In this document: positions 61,101-64,000 of the stretch, piece by piece | Layout of the letters: every line of letters begins with the position of its first letter | How positions within the stretch are numbered: the stretch's first letter is position 1 | DNA from: Tubiluchus corallicola | Lineage: Eukaryota > Animalia > Priapulida | Assembly (NCBI GenBank): GCA_030141605.1 | Contig: JAQGDQ010000022.1 | Location: forward strand, 1,178,001-1,242,000 | Direction of reading: 5' to 3' | DNA: 64,000 nucleotides | Program-made: the position numbers and the translations under genes | The notes under the pieces: generated by a model | What the model was told of the DNA's origin: nothing | Databases searched by the model: none | Seen by the model: only the letters and a program-made list of their open reading frames with translations

Positions 61101-64000
61101 GCACCTAACAAGTACAACATACAAGTTATTGATAGCAATATTCATTAAAAAACGCATTCAAAGTTTTACTCACAAACTTGTTAATTATAAAATTAATCTA
61201 TTGTGATTTGTCATAACAAAAATGTAATTGCATTGTACTATTGGATTGATGAGGTTTATGAATTTTTTGCTTGACCCCTTAAAAATACACACAACTAAGA
61301 AGTAAGAACAGGAAAAGCATGAATAATTTATAATCATGAAAAAGTATAATAATTAAACAACGAACCCATATAAAAGATTTCAAATAATTTACAAGTTAAT
61401 AAGAATAACTTATTGACAAGTTAATCACTTTATTGAGATCACTTAATAAACAATGATCTCAACCTTTAACTAGAAAGTGCAAATTTTAAATTAAAGCTAC
61501 ACTTGTCTCCATCATAAAAAATGTCGATGCTAAATTGAAATACACTCCAGATTTAATGTGTTTTTATATTAACAGTGTTCAGTTTATAATGTTTCATCTT
61601 TTTTGTAAATGTTTGATGCTATATTGTAACAAGCACAATTATTATGCCAATAGTGTTTTCGGACTATTGTCATCTTGTGTAAATTAGTGAAACCGAGTGT
61701 ACCTTTTAACATTGATGTTACTATGAAAAGGTGAACAGTATGATAATTTGCACATTTATTACATAATTGATCTTAATCATGTTATCATTATGATAAACTA
61801 CAAGACACCAATATAAATTTTGAAAATAAACAATTATGTACTCAACTTAATTTTTTTATTGAAGGTTAACAGTACAGCATAACTACAAACTAACCACTCT
61901 TAAAAACAAGAAAATTTCTAAAGACACTAGAACAATTATTATCGTTGATTAGTGCACCTGGCAAACAATAATTTTTGTACAGTAATTCAATGGTTATAGC
62001 AGTATGGTGCAACATCAAAAAAGTTTTTAGGGTAACTACATCCAGCAGTTACCATTCTGTTAAGCGATGTTCTTCAATGACTATAATGATTCCATTATTA
62101 AATTGGAAATAAAAAGTGCAAGTCTCAAGTTATGCAGTTGTCTCCATTATAAAAAATCTCGGTGTTAAATTGAAGTAAGCTCCAGATTTGAGGAAAGGAA
62201 ACCTCAATTACTAGTGCATAGGAAAGGAAACCCATACAACTAGTGCTGCCTTGATCATTTTTTTTCAGAATGCATACTGTAGGAAAATGTCTGTTTTCAT
62301 TGTTATGTTAAGCCTTATTAGTGCGTAATAGTACTGTACTATACATGTACTGTAGCAGGTATAAAAACATTACAAACCTTTCAGAGAATGTATGTTATTT
62401 ATAATTATAATAATAATAATCACAGCATTAATAATAATAACAATAATTGTTATTAAATAATTATATTTCTGTTAAATGGTCAATTAAGTATGCTTTCAGC
62501 TTCCATGATTATCATGATTTACAATAAAAATAAATTGTGACCAACAACCTAGAATACTAATTAACAGATTTTAATATTACAGCTTGTTTGCAAGAAACAC
62601 TATGCAGTTAACTGTAACTTTGACAGAGTAATGTCGACAAATTTTTTAGCCCTCGCATTGAACTGAAAGCCTTCTCGCTAGGAGCAAGACATTCCACAAA
62701 ATTGTCGGTTTAAATCCTAAGATCAAAAACTCATTTCTTTGTATCAATCTTAAAATTTTAATTCTTCCGAATAGTAAAGACATCGAAATTTGATTAAGTG
62801 CACAATTACAATAAAACTATCGAAAACTGGCTTGAATAAGTCAAGATACGACACAGAACCATGTTGGGACACGAAGATGTTTATACATGGCCATGGGTCC
62901 ATGGCAAGGGCACATTCAACAAAAATGAAGCACTATTTGCATACCTTATTACAGTGCAATTAATAGAAATATAACATGACTACATAATTTTGGTCATAAA
63001 ATCTTTACAAACTCTTTGCCTCAGCAAACATTACTAAGTTATGAGATGTATATATACATGATTATTATAATGAAATATGTATACAGCAGTACAAAATTAA
63101 TACCTTCACTGTTCACACAAACACACAACACCTGGGAAAATATTATATAAATGGTTTGCCCCGCAGTAACTCACAGCAATTTAATTAACTGATAAAGCTA
63201 ATGCTCTCTATTGTGTGAAAAAATGTAACATTTACACAAAGGCAATACAGCTAAACATATATGTTTATAACATTGTACAAGTAGGTGTTAACTTTCATAT
63301 GAAACCCACAAACCATTACTTTGCTATATTACTTTGGATACAAGTGTTTTTATTTGTTTTGGTCAACACAGTCATTCACGCATGTAGCCTTTTATTATTG
63401 TCAGCTAAGTATACGGAAACAAAAATGTTAGGTCAGGGACTATGCCTGGTGTAAAGAAAGTATTTGCTTCTGTACAGATAGAAAAATAAACTTACTCCAC
63501 GGCAAAGCTTATCATTGTCGATCAGTCTGTCCCCTTGCCACCAAATTTATACAATTTATATACATAATTTAAATATATAACTTTTGCACTTAAGCCTACA
63601 TAAATATATAGAAATGGACATTACGACTGTGCCACATAAATATAATACTCTATTGTGTCACATGTCTAAGTACAGGTGTACAGAAAAAGCTAAAAGTTGT
63701 ACAATTGCAGTGATAAACTAATCACATTGGGTAGAAACAATATTAGAAGTAAAACTGGATCGATAAACAGTGTTGATTTGAATAAAAATCAGGATCTAGA
63801 TAGTCTACAGGTAAGAATAGAATAATTTTCTTCATGCACTTCATGCTTTTAACTGTTCTTCTCTTGAAGTACTTATGTACCCCTTAACCACTCATTGCGG
63901 AGTTTTAGATACCTGCTATCTAAGGACAACAATTGAGTTGAACATCATTATTGGCATTATGCCAGGGGCTAATATAAGCATGTTATAGGCTTTAATATAA

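Noticed and set aside
61100-64000. Possible gene at the right edge
   Set aside because: No exon with recognisable homology. Minus-strand AATAAA sites (~61429, ~61855) could mark the 3' UTR of a gene outside the window, but this cannot be supported here.

Overview
AT-rich, intron-rich animal (bilaterian invertebrate) genomic DNA; species not determinable from the sequence. Four conserved housekeeping genes were reconstructed exon by exon with GT-AG boundaries and consistent phases: the 5' ~984 codons of UBR5/hyd (minus, 22 exons, runs off the left edge), purine nucleoside phosphorylase PNP (plus, 6 exons, 292 aa), Rab2 (minus, 8 exons, 212 aa) and RPRD1A/B-like (minus, 7 exons, 331 aa). The most notable item is a complete two-exon gene for a predicted secreted leucine-rich-repeat protein (249 aa) nested antisense in one UBR5 intron. 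The ORF track shows only its first exon, and its own intron carries a TTAA-flanked MITE. Introns and intergenic DNA hold CR1/L2-like LINE remnants, several MITE families, Helentron-like elements, microsatellites and three decayed 5S rRNA-like segments, two of which share a body consistent with a SINE. No prokaryotic-type system or CRISPR array is present. 61.1-64 kb has no recognisable coding sequence.
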